Origin: an uncultured Acidobacteriota bacterium
GTDB taxonomy: Bacteria > Acidobacteriota > Blastocatellia > RBC074
Length of the DNA stretch: 64,000 nt
Assembly: GCA_963796275.1 (NCBI GenBank)
Contig: CAWCKY010000006.1
Coordinates: 1,248,001-1,312,000, forward strand
Reading direction: 5' to 3'
Part shown: positions 52,096 to 64,000 of the stretch, one piece after another
Layout: every line of letters begins with the position of its first letter
How positions within the stretch are numbered: position 1 is the first letter of the stretch
Notes under the pieces: model-generated
Told to the model about the DNA's origin: nothing
Seen by the model: only the letters and a program-made list of their open reading frames with translations
Database searches by the model: none
Program-made: the position numbers and the translations under genes

Positions 52096-52206
52096 GAAGC
52101 CCTGAGATGGCACGAGATAATAGCCGAGGAGTGGAATTCATCATGCGGGTCGAGGGTCTCGCTCCACTCCACACAGGCTTCTATCGGGCGTCCCGTCGCG
52201 GCTTCG
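52096..52206. repeat. Degenerate REP-like hairpin between nuoM and nuoN
   Basis: gaagccctgagatggcacgagataatagccgaggagtgga ... tccactccacacaggcttctatcgggcgtcccgtcgcggcttc. Confidence 0.45.
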
Positions 52207-52267
52207 AGTCAGTCAATCATTTCGGCTTTAGAGATGAACACGCTCTGACAGGCATGCTAGAGAAACA

Positions 52268-53770
52268 ATGGAACTCGAAAATCTAAACCTCAATTATTGG
52301 GCCATCGCCCCTGAGATCATCACCTCGCTCGTGGGCGTGCTGATCATGCTCGTCGACGCCTTTTCGAAGAGAGGCGCGCGGACTACCAATGCGATGATAG
52401 CGCTGGTTGGGCTTTGCCTTGCGCTAATCTCCGTCGTCTTGCTGTGGAACGTGGGAAGCGGGAGCTTCTTCTATAAAATGGTCGTCATCGACCCTATTCG
52501 CATCTTCTTCTCGATCACCATCGTGATTGTGGCCATGATCGCGGTTCTGCTCTCGGATCAGTTCCTGCGCGATGAGGGGCTGCCTCCGGGCGAGTTCCTC
52601 TCGCTCATTATGTTCGCCACCACCGGGATGTTATTTCTCGCATCGGCCGGCGATCTCGTGATGGTCTTTCTGGGACTGGAAATCTCCTCCATTACGACCT
52701 ACGTCATGGCCGGTTACCGGCGTTACGATTTACGCGCAAACGAATCGTCGCTCAAATACTTCCTGCTCGGCTCTTTCTCGACCGCATTTTTACTTTACGG
52801 TATGGCGCTCGTCTATGGCGCGACGAAGACGACCAATATCGATGGCATTCGCCAGGCAATCGAAACGGGCGGAGTCATCTATCCTGTATTGCTGCTCATC
52901 GGCACCGCTATGATGATCGTGGGATTCGGCTTCAAAATAGCCAGCGTTCCCTTCCATCTCTGGACGCCCGATGTTTATGAGGGGGCGCCGACCATTGTCA
53001 CCGGTTTTATGAGCACTGGGCCAAAGGTGGCGGTCTTCGCGGCTTTCCTGAGGGTCTTCGTAGAGGGACTCGACGTTCCGGTGCAGGGGGTCGGCCTGCA
53101 GTTGCACCAGACGTGGATAATCGTTCTGTCAGTCATCTCTGTCCTGACGATGATCGTCGGAAACGTGATCGCTATTTCACAGAAGAATATTAAACGGATG
53201 CTCGCGTACTCATCGATCGCACACGCGGGGTATGTGCTGATCGGTTTGGTCTCGGGAGAGTTTGCGCCGGTGGCATTCTATATGCTTTCTTACTCCGTCA
53301 TGACAATAGGAGCGTTTGCCGTCATTCAGTTACTGGCGCGCGCCGGCGATCAGAAGACGGAGATCGCCGATTATGCCGGCATCGGATTCGAGGTGCCGCA
53401 ATTGAGTTTTCCCCTGGCCATCTTTCTTCTCTCGCTGGCCGGGATTCCGCCGACGGCCGGGTTCATGAGCAAATTTTATCTCTTCAAATCGGCCTGGGAT
53501 ACCGGTCTCATCATGCGGTTTCTCGTCGTCGCCGCAATACTCAACAGCATCATCTCGATCTACTACTACCTGTATCCGATAGTCGTGATGTTCTTCCGCC
53601 CGATTGTTCCAGGCTTCGTCAAACCGCGGGTGAGCAGCGCGACCGCGCTCGCCTTGATCCTGACGCTGCTCGGCACGTTCTATCTGGGTATTCTGCCTGA
53701 TCGCATCTTCAATGCGATGGGGCGTGAGATGAAGAGCGCGCAGAATCAGACGCAGATGATAAACCGATGA
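52268..53770 (+). CDS. nuoN: NADH-quinone oxidoreductase subunit N
   Basis: ESSLKYFLLG, FKIASVPFHLWTPDVYEGAP, KRMLAYSSIAHAGY, SLAGIPPTAGF. Confidence 0.97.
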   Translation: MELENLNLNYWAIAPEIITSLVGVLIMLVDAFSKRGARTTNAMIALVGLCLALISVVLLWNVGSGSFFYKMVVIDPIRIFFSITIVIVAMIAVLLSDQFLRDEGLPPGEFLSLIMFATTGMLFLASAGDLVMVFLGLEISSITTYVMAGYRRYDLRANESSLKYFLLGSFSTAFLLYGMALVYGATKTTNIDGIRQAIETGGVIYPVLLLIGTAMMIVGFGFKIASVPFHLWTPDVYEGAPTIVTGFMSTGPKVAVFAAFLRVFVEGLDVPVQGVGLQLHQTWIIVLSVISVLTMIVGNVIAISQKNIKRMLAYSSIAHAGYVLIGLVSGEFAPVAFYMLSYSVMTIGAFAVIQLLARAGDQKTEIADYAGIGFEVPQLSFPLAIFLLSLAGIPPTAGFMSKFYLFKSAWDTGLIMRFLVVAAILNSIISIYYYLYPIVVMFFRPIVPGFVKPRVSSATALALILTLLGTFYLGILPDRIFNAMGREMKSAQNQTQMINR

Positions 53771-53891
53771 GGATCTAGCGGGGAAAAATAGGCGGAAGCG
53801 CAACAAGACGAAAACCAACCTTTTTCTGCTTATGCTCTTATTACTCGGTAAACTAACCTAAGTTATTTGATGTTTAAATGCGATTCAAGAT

Positions 53892-53976
53892 CGAATCAGT
53901 ACCGCGAGCGGTAGCGAGCGTGTCCCAATCAACTGGCTCGGGTACAATGCTCGCTACCGCTTGCGGTACTGATTCG
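53892..53976. repeat. REP-like hairpin between convergent nuoN and CRTAC1 genes (may act as a terminator)
   Basis: cgaatcagtaccgcgagcggtagcgagc ... gctcgctaccgcttgcggtactgattcg. Confidence 0.8.
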
Positions 53977-54029
53977 TCGATCATCAAGAAACTTTGTTTA
54001 CAGACTACTTATTTGCCTTCTCGCATCGA

Positions 54030-55931
54030 TCAATTCTTCTGAATCCCGCGTTCTTTCCCCTGGTCAATCGTCAGCAGTCGATCAATTTCCTTGACCTCAT
54101 ATTCAACGGTTTTGCCTCCGGCCCAACGTATCTCCAGTTTATCGATGTGTGTCGCAGTCCCCAGTCCGAAATGAACGCGCAGGTCTGATTGCGAATTGTA
54201 GCTGCGCCCGCTCGCCACTTCACCGCGTATCCGACGCCCCTGCACCGTGCAGAATACTACGCTCCCGATGGCATCGCGCGGGCAGCCACGGGATGTATCG
54301 CCGATCAGCTTCAGCTCGAGCCAGTGGCCGGCTTTATGCCCGCCGTCGTTTCGCAGCAATGCGGGAGCGTCATCGATATTGTTGAGCAGAATATCGAGGT
54401 CGCCATCGTTGTCGAAGTCGCCGATGGCCGAACCGCGTGCTCCGCGCAATATATTGAGCGCCTCTCCCGCGCTCGATCCCACGTCGTAAAATTTGCCCTT
54501 GACGTTGCGAAAGAGCAGGAGCCTTTGTTTGTAACTCGTACCCCACTCCGTCGCGTCCACCGCCGGATAGACGTGCCCGTTAACGACGAGCAGGTCGAGC
54601 CAACCGTCTTGGTCATAGTCAAAAAAATTCGTGCCCCAGCCCAGGAAGGGGATCGATATTTCTCCCAGCCCGGTCTGAAAAGTCGTCTCGGTGAAATTGC
54701 CCCCTCCATCATTGTGGTAGAGCACGTTCGTGTCGTCGGAGAAGTTTGTGCGGTGCAGGTCGGCGCGCCCATCCCCGTCGTAATCGCCCACTGTGACGCC
54801 CATTCCCGCTTGCTCGCGTCCGTTCTCGTTGAGCGCGACGCCCGAGGCATAACTCACGTTCTCGAATGTGCCGTCGCCGTTGTTGCGGTAGAGGTAGCTC
54901 GGCGTCGAATCATTCGCCACCGTCAGGTCCAATCTGCCGTCATCGTCGAAATCGAACCAGGCGACGCCGAAACCATAATAACCGGATTTATCTTCTACGC
55001 CGGCCTTCTCGCTCACATCGGTGAAGGTGCCATCGCCGTTGTTGCGAAAGAGATGATCTCCCCCGCCCTTCAGACCGCGCGGTCCGCACATCACCCGCTG
55101 GCCGCGGTACTGGCAGTAGCCGGCGCCCGAAACGAATGACGCACCCATTCCGTCGCTTTTTGCAGGCTGTTGTTTATTACCAGCAGCCTCCCGATCCTCC
55201 GCGCTTTCAATCGCCGGCTCCCGCAATTTCCCGCTCGCCGGCGGAGGCAGGTTATCCAAATCCACCTCGACATAACCCGAAACGAACAGATCGAGACGTC
55301 CATCCCCATCGTAATCGCCGAACGCGCAGCCCGCTGACCAATTACCGAGAGTTACACCGGCTTTTTCGGCCGTATCGGTGAATGTTCCGTCACGGTTGTT
55401 GCGGTAGAGGCGATTTTTGCCGAAGTTCGTGACATAGAGATCCTGCCAGCCGTCGTTATCGAAGTCTCCGCTGCATACTCCCTGACCCCATCGCTCATTC
55501 GCTACACCGGCTTTCGCAGTCGCGTCTGAGAACGTCCCGTTGCGGTTGTTGCGGTAAAGAGCTGCGCTCGGGGCTTTACCGCGACCGCGCAGGACATCGA
55601 GCGTTGAGCCGTTAGGCAGATAGATATCGAGCCAACCGTCGTTGTCGTAGTCCACAAAAGCGCTTCCTGCGCCGGGCGCCTCGATGATGTAATCTTTGGC
55701 CGCGGTTCCGGAGGTGAAGCGGAAACCGCCGAGCCCCGCGCTCTTTGTTACGTCGCTGAAACCGACGCCCGGGGCGGCCCACGACGAAGGCGGCGGCACG
55801 CGCGCTGTCGCAGGAAGCTTCGACTGCGCTATCGGTGATATAGAGAGGGAGGCGATCGCTAATAACCACGGTAGCCTGCGCCTCCACGATAAACAGGATG
55901 ACAATGATAAGAAGATCGAATGGTGTCGCAT
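54030..55931 (-). CDS. CRTAC1-family protein (FG-GAP/VCBS repeats plus ASPIC/UnbV C-terminus), secreted
   Basis: Multiple DYDNDGWLD/DFDNDG repeats, LYRNNxDGTF, C-terminal SYNSQSDLRVHFGLG..EIRW. Confidence 0.9.
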   Translation of the reverse strand: MRHHSIFLSLSSCLSWRRRLPWLLAIASLSISPIAQSKLPATARVPPPSSWAAPGVGFSDVTKSAGLGGFRFTSGTAAKDYIIEAPGAGSAFVDYDNDGWLDIYLPNGSTLDVLRGRGKAPSAALYRNNRNGTFSDATAKAGVANERWGQGVCSGDFDNDGWQDLYVTNFGKNRLYRNNRDGTFTDTAEKAGVTLGNWSAGCAFGDYDGDGRLDLFVSGYVEVDLDNLPPPASGKLREPAIESAEDREAAGNKQQPAKSDGMGASFVSGAGYCQYRGQRVMCGPRGLKGGGDHLFRNNGDGTFTDVSEKAGVEDKSGYYGFGVAWFDFDDDGRLDLTVANDSTPSYLYRNNGDGTFENVSYASGVALNENGREQAGMGVTVGDYDGDGRADLHRTNFSDDTNVLYHNDGGGNFTETTFQTGLGEISIPFLGWGTNFFDYDQDGWLDLLVVNGHVYPAVDATEWGTSYKQRLLLFRNVKGKFYDVGSSAGEALNILRGARGSAIGDFDNDGDLDILLNNIDDAPALLRNDGGHKAGHWLELKLIGDTSRGCPRDAIGSVVFCTVQGRRIRGEVASGRSYNSQSDLRVHFGLGTATHIDKLEIRWAGGKTVEYEVKEIDRLLTIDQGKERGIQKN

Positions 55932-55943
55932 TTTACCGCCCGG

Positions 55944-57032
<1,089 letters not shown>

Positions 57033-57068
57033 TTATTCCTCTCTTGATATGTTGAAATTTTCTTTATC

Positions 57069-57434
57069 TCACTCGTACCAGATCTCGATCTCGTAACCAT
57101 CGGGGTCTTTGACGTATGCGAACGGAAACCCCGGAGCGAACGCCCCGCGCCTGATAACGGTCCCGCCCGCGCGCTCAACCTCCTCCACGGCAGCATCGAT
57201 ATCACCAGGCTCTATCAAACGAAATCCGAAATGCGTGATGCCCCCATTCGCGCCCGCGTTTGAGTCGTCTCGCTCGAATGCGATGACGTCGTAGCCTCCC
57301 GGTCCTTGAACCTGGATGCTGCCCTCGTCTCGATAATACTCCTTAACCCCGAATACCTGTTGGTAGAAACGCAATGATCGCTCAGGATCGCGAACTGCAA
57401 GATTGATGTGCGTCAGCCCATGTGTTTTTACCAT
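57069..57434 (-). CDS. VOC (glyoxalase/bleomycin resistance) family protein
   Basis: [30 protein letters not shown]. Confidence 0.9.
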   Translation of the reverse strand: MVKTHGLTHINLAVRDPERSLRFYQQVFGVKEYYRDEGSIQVQGPGGYDVIAFERDDSNAGANGGITHFGFRLIEPGDIDAAVEEVERAGGTVIRRGAFAPGFPFAYVKDPDGYEIEIWYE

Positions 57435-57507
57435 TTTTACCCGCCTCCTTGCGAATATCGGAGCGCCAGCGTACTCTGTTTGTTACTACGTCGCAAGAGT
57501 AAAACAT

Positions 57508-60500
57508 ATGAGCTTAGATCATTTTCATCCGGCAGTCGCAAATTGGTTTAAAAAACAATTCGATCAACCCACGGAGCCACAGGCGAGGGCATGGCCGGCC
57601 ATCAAGGGGCGCAGGCACACGCTGATAGCGGCGCCGACCGGATCTGGTAAGACTCTCTCGGCTTTTCTCGCTGCGATAGATGATCTTGTGCGTCAGGGGA
57701 TTGAGGGAACGCTTCAAGATACCACTCAGGTGGTCTATGTTTCTCCGCTGAAGGCATTGAGTAATGACATCCAGCGCAATTTGCAGCAGCCTCTGGAGGG
57801 AATACAGGCGGAACTCCGGGAGATGGGGTATCCGGAATTTGAGATTCGCACGCTGGTGCGGACGGGCGATACGCCTGCGGCCGAGCGCGCGAAGATGACG
57901 CGCCGCCCGCCGCACATTGTGGTAACGACCCCGGAATCGCTCTATCTATTGCTCACCAGTGAAGGTGGCCGGGGGATGATCCGTACAGCCAGGACCCTGA
58001 TCGTGGATGAAATTCACGCCCTGGTCCGCGATAAGCGCGGCTCTCACCTCTCTCTTTCTATCGAAAGGCTGGAGGCGCTCGTCGATGAGCCGCTCGTGCG
58101 CATCGGCCTCTCGGCTACTCAGCGTCCGATCGAGAAAGTTGCGGCTTTTCTTGTCGGGGCAAACCAGGGCGCACAAAAGGTCGACATCGTCGACGTCGGC
58201 CACCGGAGAAAGATAGATCTGGCTATCGAATTGCCGCGCTCGCCGCTGGAGGCAGTAATGTCGACCGAAGTTTGGGGTGAGGTTTACGACAGAATCGCCG
58301 AATTGATAAATGAACATCGCACCACCCTCGTCTTCGTCAATACCAGGCGCATGGCGGAGAGGGTGGCTCGCTATCTGGCGGAGCGAGTAGGTGAGGAGAA
58401 CGTTACATCGCATCACGGAAGTCTTTCACGCGATCGCCGATTGTTGGCTGAGCAACGCTTAAAAGACGGCGATTTGCGGGCCCTGGTGGCCACCGCATCA
58501 TTGGAGCTGGGCATCGACATCGGCGCCGTAAATCTCGTCTGCCAGCTTGGTTCCACCCGGTCGATCGCGACTATGCTCCAGCGCGTCGGCAGGTCGGGCC
58601 ATTCGGTGGGCGGTTTTCCGAAGGGCAGGCTTTTCCCTACGAGTCGCGACGAACTGGTCGAATGTGCCGCTTTGATCGATGCGGCCAGACGCGGCGAGCT
58701 CGACCAACTGGTCATTCCCGAAAAACCTCTCGATATTCTCGCCCAGCAGATAGTCGCAGCAGTCGCCTGTGAGGAATGGACAGAAGATGGCTTATTTGAA
58801 CTCGTGAAGAAGTCCCACACTTATCGAAACCTAACCAGGGAAGAGTTCGATGATGTAGTCAGAATGCTCGCTGAGGGATACACCACACGCCGCGGGCGAC
58901 GGAACGCCTATCTTCATCACGATGCGGTCAATCGCAGGTTGCGGGCGCGCAAGGGAGCGCGATTGACGGCGTTGACGTCGGGTGGCGCGATTCCGGACAC
59001 CGCGGACTATGACGTCGTCCTGGATCCAGAAGATATTTTTATTGGATCGGTCAACGAGGATTTCGCCGTGGAGAGCCTGGTTGGCGATATTTTTCAACTC
59101 GGAAATACTTCGTGGAAGATCACGCGCGTAGAGCGAAGCCGCGTCCGTGTAGTGGATGCGGAGGGCCAGCCGCCGACGATCCCCTTCTGGCTGGGCGAAG
59201 CGCCCGGACGTACAGACGAGCTATCGGCAGCCGTATCGCGATTTCGCACCGAGGTTACCGAAAACGGCGACGCCAGCAGATGGTTGATGGAGGAGGTGGG
59301 ATTGGGGGAGCCGGCCGCCCGCCAATTATACGAATATCTCGCCATCGCGAAGCTCGCGCTTGGAGTCATGCCGAGCCAGGAGACGCTTGTCATCGAACGC
59401 TTCTTTGATGAGAGCGGCGGAACACAGTTGGTGATACATTCGCCGTTCGGGAGCAGAATCAACCGAGCCTGGGGGCTGGCTCTGCGTAAGCGTTTCTGCC
59501 GAAAGTTCAATTTTGAGTTACAGGCGGCGGCGACCGAAGATGCGATAATTATATCGCTCAGCCACTCACACAGTTTTCCGCTCGACGAAATTTTCCATTA
59601 CTTGAAATCGTCTTCGGTGCGCGATTTGTTGGTGCAGGCTCTTCTCGATGCTCCGATGTTTACGACGCGCTGGCGATGGAATGCCAACCGGTCGCTCGCC
59701 CTGGTTCGCCGGCGCGGCGGCCGCAAGATTCCCGCGCAGTTGCAGAGAATGGAGGCCGAAGACCTGCTAGCTGCAATCTTCCCCGATCAAGTCGCCTGTG
59801 GAGAAAACCTGACCGGCGACCGGGAGATACCGGCCCATCCGCTGGTGGCTCAGACCATCAAAGATTGCCTTGAAGAGGCGATGGATATCAATGGGCTTGA
59901 AGCCTTGCTTGTAGCTATTGAAAAGGGTGAGAAGACGCTGGTTGCGCGCGAGCTTCGAGAGCCCTCGCCGTTATCTCAGGAGATTCTGAGCGCGCGCCCC
60001 TATGCATATCTCGATGATGCGCCGCTTGAAGAGCGCCGTACCCTGGCGGTTATGAGTCGCCGATGGATGGACCCTGAAACGGCCTCGGACCTCGGGACGC
60101 TGGATCAGGCAGCCATCGATCAGGTCAGGGAAGAGGCATGGCCACAAGCTGAAAGCCCAGATGAGCTCCACGATATACTGTCGCAATTGGGGTTCATCAC
60201 GGTAGACGAGGGACGAACCGCACAACCGCATCGCTTGGTGAACCCGGAGTCACAAACGGCGCTATCCGCTCCGAATGTCGATCACGAATCGGGCTGGGAA
60301 TCGTATTTTGCCAATCTCGTAAGTGAAAAGAGGGCCGCGGTGATGCGAGCCGGTGAAAAAACGTTCTGGGTGGCCGCCGAGAGGTTGCCGCACCTTTCGG
60401 CGGTCTATGCGAATGCGGAGTTGGAGCCCGAGATCACCGCTCCGGCGAAGGAGATTTCGACTATCTCACCGGAAGAGGGATTGGTCGAGATTTTACGCGG

Positions 60501-61962
60501 CCGGCTCGAGGCTTCGGGGCCTGTGACTTCGGAGTCGCTGGCGGAAATAGCCGGACTTCCCGTCTTCGCAATCGAGAACGCGCTTATGAGCCTCGAATCC
60601 GAGGGCTTTGTCATGCGCGGCCGTTTCACTCCGGGAACGGGGCAGACGGGGCAAACGGGGCAAGCTGGAAAGATAGAATGGTGTGTTCGCCGGCTGTTGG
60701 CGAGGATTCATCGTTATACCATCAATAAGTTGCGGAAGGAGATCGAGCCGGTTTCGGCTGCCGATTACATGCGGTTCCTCCTTGATTGGCAGCGAGTTAC
60801 GCCGGGGCATCGCGGCGAGGGGCCGGAAAGTTTATCGGCGGTGGTCGATCAGCTGGAGGGATTTGAAGCCGCCGCGGGAGCCTGGGAAGGGGAGTTATTA
60901 CCAGCGAGAATGGAAGATTACGAGCCGGAATGGCTTGATTCGCTCTGTTTGTCGGGTCGAATCGTATGGGCCAGATTGAGTCCACAAAAAGGCATGACAA
61001 AGGGCGTGGGCTCAGGGCCTGTTCGTTCTACACCGATCGCATTGATCAATCGGAAAAACCTGGCGGCGTGGGATATGGCATTCCCTCAGCCACGGGTGAA
61101 TAACGGAGATTCTCTGAATCTATCTTCTCAGGCTGGCCAGGTTTATGATCACCTGATCCACCATGGTGCATCATTTTTCAGTGATTTTGTGGAGAACACG
61201 GGTTTATTGAATTCTCAGGTCGAAGAGTCTCTGGCGGAGCTTGTCGCCTGCGGCATCCTCACTGCTGATAGTTTCACCGGTCTGCGGGCGCTCCTCACGC
61301 CATCGAGCAAGCGCACAGCGAGTCATAACAGAAAACGTAGCGCATCACTTTTTGGAATGGAGAATGCCGGACGGTGGTCGCGTGTGAGAAGGAAGGGAAA
61401 TGATAAAACCAGTTCATCCGGGCGAAACGGCGCGGGGTCGCTTTCGATCACGGGAAGCGACGCCGTAAATGCCGATCTGGTGGAGAGAATTGCCCGGATA
61501 CTGCTGAAGCGATACGGCGTTATCTTTCGCAAACTGATGGATCGAGAAGGAATGACGCTGCCGTGGCGGGATCTGTTGAGAGTACTTAGAAAATTGGAGG
61601 CCAGAGGAGAAATTCGCGGAGGGCGATTTGTAGCCGGGTTCGCTGGCGAACAATTTGCGCTGAGTGAAGCTATCGGCATGCTGCGGACGGTGCGGCGGAC
61701 AGAACCCGCTGGTACGCTTGTCTCGGTGAGCGCTGCCGATCCGTTGAACTTGATAGGAATCGTGCTACCCGGCAGCCGCATCCCGGTGATCCCCGCCAAT
61801 CGCATCTTGTATAGAGACGGGGTTCCGATTGCTATCCTCGAGGCCGGCGAGGTGCGCTTCCTGGTAGAGTTGGAGAAAGCGGCCGAATGGAAAGCGAGGA
61901 CAGCATTGATTCGCAGGCCTGTGCCGCCTCAATTGAGAGCTTACCTCGGCCGATCGGCGTAA
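57508..61962 (+). CDS. lhr: Large helicase-related protein Lhr (DEAD/DEAH SF2 helicase with extended C-terminal winged-helix region)
   Basis: [47 protein letters not shown]; C-terminal [31 protein letters not shown]. Confidence 0.92.
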   Translation: MSLDHFHPAVANWFKKQFDQPTEPQARAWPAIKGRRHTLIAAPTGSGKTLSAFLAAIDDLVRQGIEGTLQDTTQVVYVSPLKALSNDIQRNLQQPLEGIQAELREMGYPEFEIRTLVRTGDTPAAERAKMTRRPPHIVVTTPESLYLLLTSEGGRGMIRTARTLIVDEIHALVRDKRGSHLSLSIERLEALVDEPLVRIGLSATQRPIEKVAAFLVGANQGAQKVDIVDVGHRRKIDLAIELPRSPLEAVMSTEVWGEVYDRIAELINEHRTTLVFVNTRRMAERVARYLAERVGEENVTSHHGSLSRDRRLLAEQRLKDGDLRALVATASLELGIDIGAVNLVCQLGSTRSIATMLQRVGRSGHSVGGFPKGRLFPTSRDELVECAALIDAARRGELDQLVIPEKPLDILAQQIVAAVACEEWTEDGLFELVKKSHTYRNLTREEFDDVVRMLAEGYTTRRGRRNAYLHHDAVNRRLRARKGARLTALTSGGAIPDTADYDVVLDPEDIFIGSVNEDFAVESLVGDIFQLGNTSWKITRVERSRVRVVDAEGQPPTIPFWLGEAPGRTDELSAAVSRFRTEVTENGDASRWLMEEVGLGEPAARQLYEYLAIAKLALGVMPSQETLVIERFFDESGGTQLVIHSPFGSRINRAWGLALRKRFCRKFNFELQAAATEDAIIISLSHSHSFPLDEIFHYLKSSSVRDLLVQALLDAPMFTTRWRWNANRSLALVRRRGGRKIPAQLQRMEAEDLLAAIFPDQVACGENLTGDREIPAHPLVAQTIKDCLEEAMDINGLEALLVAIEKGEKTLVARELREPSPLSQEILSARPYAYLDDAPLEERRTLAVMSRRWMDPETASDLGTLDQAAIDQVREEAWPQAESPDELHDILSQLGFITVDEGRTAQPHRLVNPESQTALSAPNVDHESGWESYFANLVSEKRAAVMRAGEKTFWVAAERLPHLSAVYANAELEPEITAPAKEISTISPEEGLVEILRGRLEASGPVTSESLAEIAGLPVFAIENALMSLESEGFVMRGRFTPGTGQTGQTGQAGKIEWCVRRLLARIHRYTINKLRKEIEPVSAADYMRFLLDWQRVTPGHRGEGPESLSAVVDQLEGFEAAAGAWEGELLPARMEDYEPEWLDSLCLSGRIVWARLSPQKGMTKGVGSGPVRSTPIALINRKNLAAWDMAFPQPRVNNGDSLNLSSQAGQVYDHLIHHGASFFSDFVENTGLLNSQVEESLAELVACGILTADSFTGLRALLTPSSKRTASHNRKRSASLFGMENAGRWSRVRRKGNDKTSSSGRNGAGSLSITGSDAVNADLVERIARILLKRYGVIFRKLMDREGMTLPWRDLLRVLRKLEARGEIRGGRFVAGFAGEQFALSEAIGMLRTVRRTEPAGTLVSVSAADPLNLIGIVLPGSRIPVIPANRILYRDGVPIAILEAGEVRFLVELEKAAEWKARTALIRRPVPPQLRAYLGRSA

Positions 61963-61964
61963 GT

Positions 61965-62012
61965 TAGTCCCGGAGTCCGAAATCAGTATTCCAGACCCCG
62001 GTCTCCGGCCTA
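61965..62012. repeat. Short degenerate heptamer-type hairpin between convergent lhr and BON genes
   Basis: tagtcccggagtccgaa ... ttccagaccccggtctccggccta. Confidence 0.35.
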
Positions 62013-62534
62013 TTTTTTCACGATGAGTTGATTATTGACGCTTTTAACGCCGTTTGTGCTGCGAGCGATATCGGCAGCCTGTGCGATCTGTTTTGCGTCG
62101 CCGACCTGCCCCTTAATCGTGACCTCTCCGTTTACTACGTCCACATCTGTGCCGGTGATCTTCTCAAGCACCAGCTTCGCCTTGATCTTACTCAGAATCG
62201 CCGCATCGCTGACGGCTTCTTCCGCCTTATCTTTGATATTTGATGCGCCGATAGTGTTAGGGTCGATCGTGATGTTGTTGACCACCTGTGTGACGCCTTC
62301 CGTTTCCTGGGCAATCCGATCGGCCTTTGATTTTTCCCGCTCCGTCGGCACTACTCCGCTGAGCGTCACGACACCCTTGACCGTTGTAACGCCGATCTTG
62401 ATGGCGCTCGTCTCGGCGTCCCCTGCAAGCTTCGTCTTAACCTTGGTGCTAATCGTGGCATCATCAACCTGCTGAGTGCACCCGGAACAGATCAGGGTCA
62501 ATATCGCAATTATCATCATCGCTCTGTTTCGCAT
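62010..62534 (-). CDS. BON-domain lipoprotein (two BON domains, OsmY/DolP-like)
   Basis: Lipobox-like CSGC; DDATISTKVK..GVVTLSG..GVTQVVNNI, repeated. Confidence 0.88.
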   Translation of the reverse strand: MRNRAMMIIAILTLICSGCTQQVDDATISTKVKTKLAGDAETSAIKIGVTTVKGVVTLSGVVPTEREKSKADRIAQETEGVTQVVNNITIDPNTIGASNIKDKAEEAVSDAAILSKIKAKLVLEKITGTDVDVVNGEVTIKGQVGDAKQIAQAADIARSTNGVKSVNNQLIVKK

Positions 62535-63092
62535 AATCTCCTCCTTCTGAAATTGTGTCAGGTGATTTCAATAGTACGATTGACGTACAATTCTGACACT
62601 TTTTAGTGCATTCCAATACTATAGTGGACACTAGGTTCCAGCGAAAACTATAAATTGCAATCGCAGTACCAATGAGATATGTGGATTCGGTGAGATGAAA
62701 GCAGGGAGATATATAAAAATTAATAGAAGATTTATTTAGAAGTGTCAGGATCTGAAATTTATTAACGCTCGTAGATTTAAACGACTGACAAATTCACAAA
62801 TCGCTAATTCTGAATTTTACAAAAAAGCATTCTATATAAGGACGCATTATATAGATGCGATCAAAATAATGATGAGAGACTGAGTGCACACCCTCACATT
62901 AGTTATCTCACCCCATTACCTCGCAGAAAAAGAAACTCGTTTTCCCTATGTGCCGATCGTGTAGTCACACTAAGCGGCCGAAAAATTTATCACGATAGCA
63001 CGATAAAATGATTATTTATTCCTTTCATTCGGAAGGGATGGGGCGTCGTTTTATCTCGGATGGAACCATAAATCTTTGGGGAGATATAACAG

Positions 63093-64000
63093 ATGAAAAA
63101 GTCAAAAGAGACAATTATCGGCTTGACGATGTTTGCGCTGGCTCTCGTGGCTATCTCGGGCATTTTTTTGACGAGCAGAAATTCGGTTAACGCGGCCGCC
63201 ACATCCCGTAGCGGGTACTTTGCGCAAACCGGACTCAATTTACCGCCAACCCGTATCTATTTTCTGACCACCGACAATATGCTCTATGTCCTCGTTCCCG
63301 GGACCAAGATTTACGTCTCGCTCGGAAGTGTCACCAATATCAATGGTAATCTGATAGGAATTGATTATCGCCCGGCGAACGGAAAACTTTATGGGCTCAC
63401 CGATACGCAAAAACTCTACACGATCAACGTGGGAAGCACGCCGCCGCGCGCATCTTTGGTGAGCACCCTGTCGACGCCGTTTGACGCAGGCTTCCAATCG
63501 CTGCTCGATTTCAACCCGGTGGTCGATGCGATTCGTATCATTGGGAGCAATGACCAGAACTTCGCAGTCGTCAAAGACGCCAACGGGATTCTCAACACGA
63601 CCGCGGTTCAGACAGCCCTGACCTATGCGATGGGTGACGTCAATGCGGGCAGGAATCCGGAAGTGGTCGGCGGGACCTATTCCAATAACCTCGCCGGTGC
63701 GGCTAACACTATCTTCTATGCGATCGATGCCGCGCGGGATACCTTCGTGACGATTGCTGACAAGAATGCCACTGGCAGTTCGAATACCGGTGGTGGTCGA
63801 TTGCAAACGATCGGCAACCTCGTCGATGGCAACGGCAATCGGCTGAATTTCAATCATTTGTCCGACATCGACATCTATACCAGCAACGCCGGAGTCAATA
63901 CTCTGGTCGGAATCAACAACAAGACGCTCTTCACCATCGACCTCAACCAGATCAATCCCAACCTGCAACTGGGGAGAACTCAGAACGTAGTGGTCAGAAG
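63093..64000 (+). CDS. Secreted DUF4394-domain protein (runs off the window end; absent from the ORF track)
   Basis: GGGGAG RBS and ATG at 63093; signal/TM segment; IGIDYRPANGKLYG, DFNPVVDAIRI, YSNN, FYAID motifs. Confidence 0.8.
   Translation, partial: MKKSKETIIGLTMFALALVAISGIFLTSRNSVNAAATSRSGYFAQTGLNLPPTRIYFLTTDNMLYVLVPGTKIYVSLGSVTNINGNLIGIDYRPANGKLYGLTDTQKLYTINVGSTPPRASLVSTLSTPFDAGFQSLLDFNPVVDAIRIIGSNDQNFAVVKDANGILNTTAVQTALTYAMGDVNAGRNPEVVGGTYSNNLAGAANTIFYAIDAARDTFVTIADKNATGSSNTGGGRLQTIGNLVDGNGNRLNFNHLSDIDIYTSNAGVNTLVGINNKTLFTIDLNQINPNLQLGRTQNVVVR

Noticed and set aside
50462-52267. Duplicated nuoM (2M-type complex I)
   Set aside because: Only one nuoM; the 264-nt gap before nuoN holds a degenerate palindrome, not coding sequence.
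60638-60663. In-frame 9-bp triplication (GQT) in lhr
   Set aside because: Short slippage repeat in a loop with no partner inverted arm.
62540-63090. Regulatory motifs in the AT-rich divergent region (tgtcag/ctgaca repeats, partial ttcacaa)
   Set aside because: Matches are short and irregularly spaced; no site can be assigned by eye.
63240-63968. 242-aa minus-strand ORF
   Set aside because: Antisense shadow of the plus-strand DUF4394 gene starting at 63093.

Overview
Chromosomal housekeeping region of a GC-rich bacterium, most likely Acidobacteriota and possibly Blastocatellia. This is inferred from the Cys-rich RpoB insertion, the CRTAC1/ASPIC-UnbV protein and the nuo cluster lacking nuoI. 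Left to right it holds: the end of pheT, a zapB-like gene and zapA; an M28 peptidase; a secreted triple YHS/TRASH-like metal-binding protein; a 13-copy ~80-bp REP-like tandem array; an acyl-CoA ligase; a class I fumarase; a GT-C/YfhO-like membrane protein; nested REP/MITE elements; a subtilase gene truncated by an IS3-family element; rqcH/fbpA and an RDD protein; the tRNA-tuf-rpmG-tRNA(Trp)-secE-nusG-rplKAJL-rpoBC superoperon (minus strand, many indels that look like assembly errors); nrdR with tandem NrdR boxes; hrcA-dnaJ; nuoA-H,J-N; a CRTAC1 protein, esterase, VOC protein, Lhr helicase, BON lipoprotein and a DUF4394 protein. The most striking unexplained structure is about 13 long intergenic hairpins whose arms are degenerate 7-bp tandem repeats. 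The heptamer changes from site to site but the architecture is constant. They sit almost only at cistron junctions of the two most highly expressed operons, and in several cases lie between a Shine-Dalgarno-like motif and the downstream start codon.
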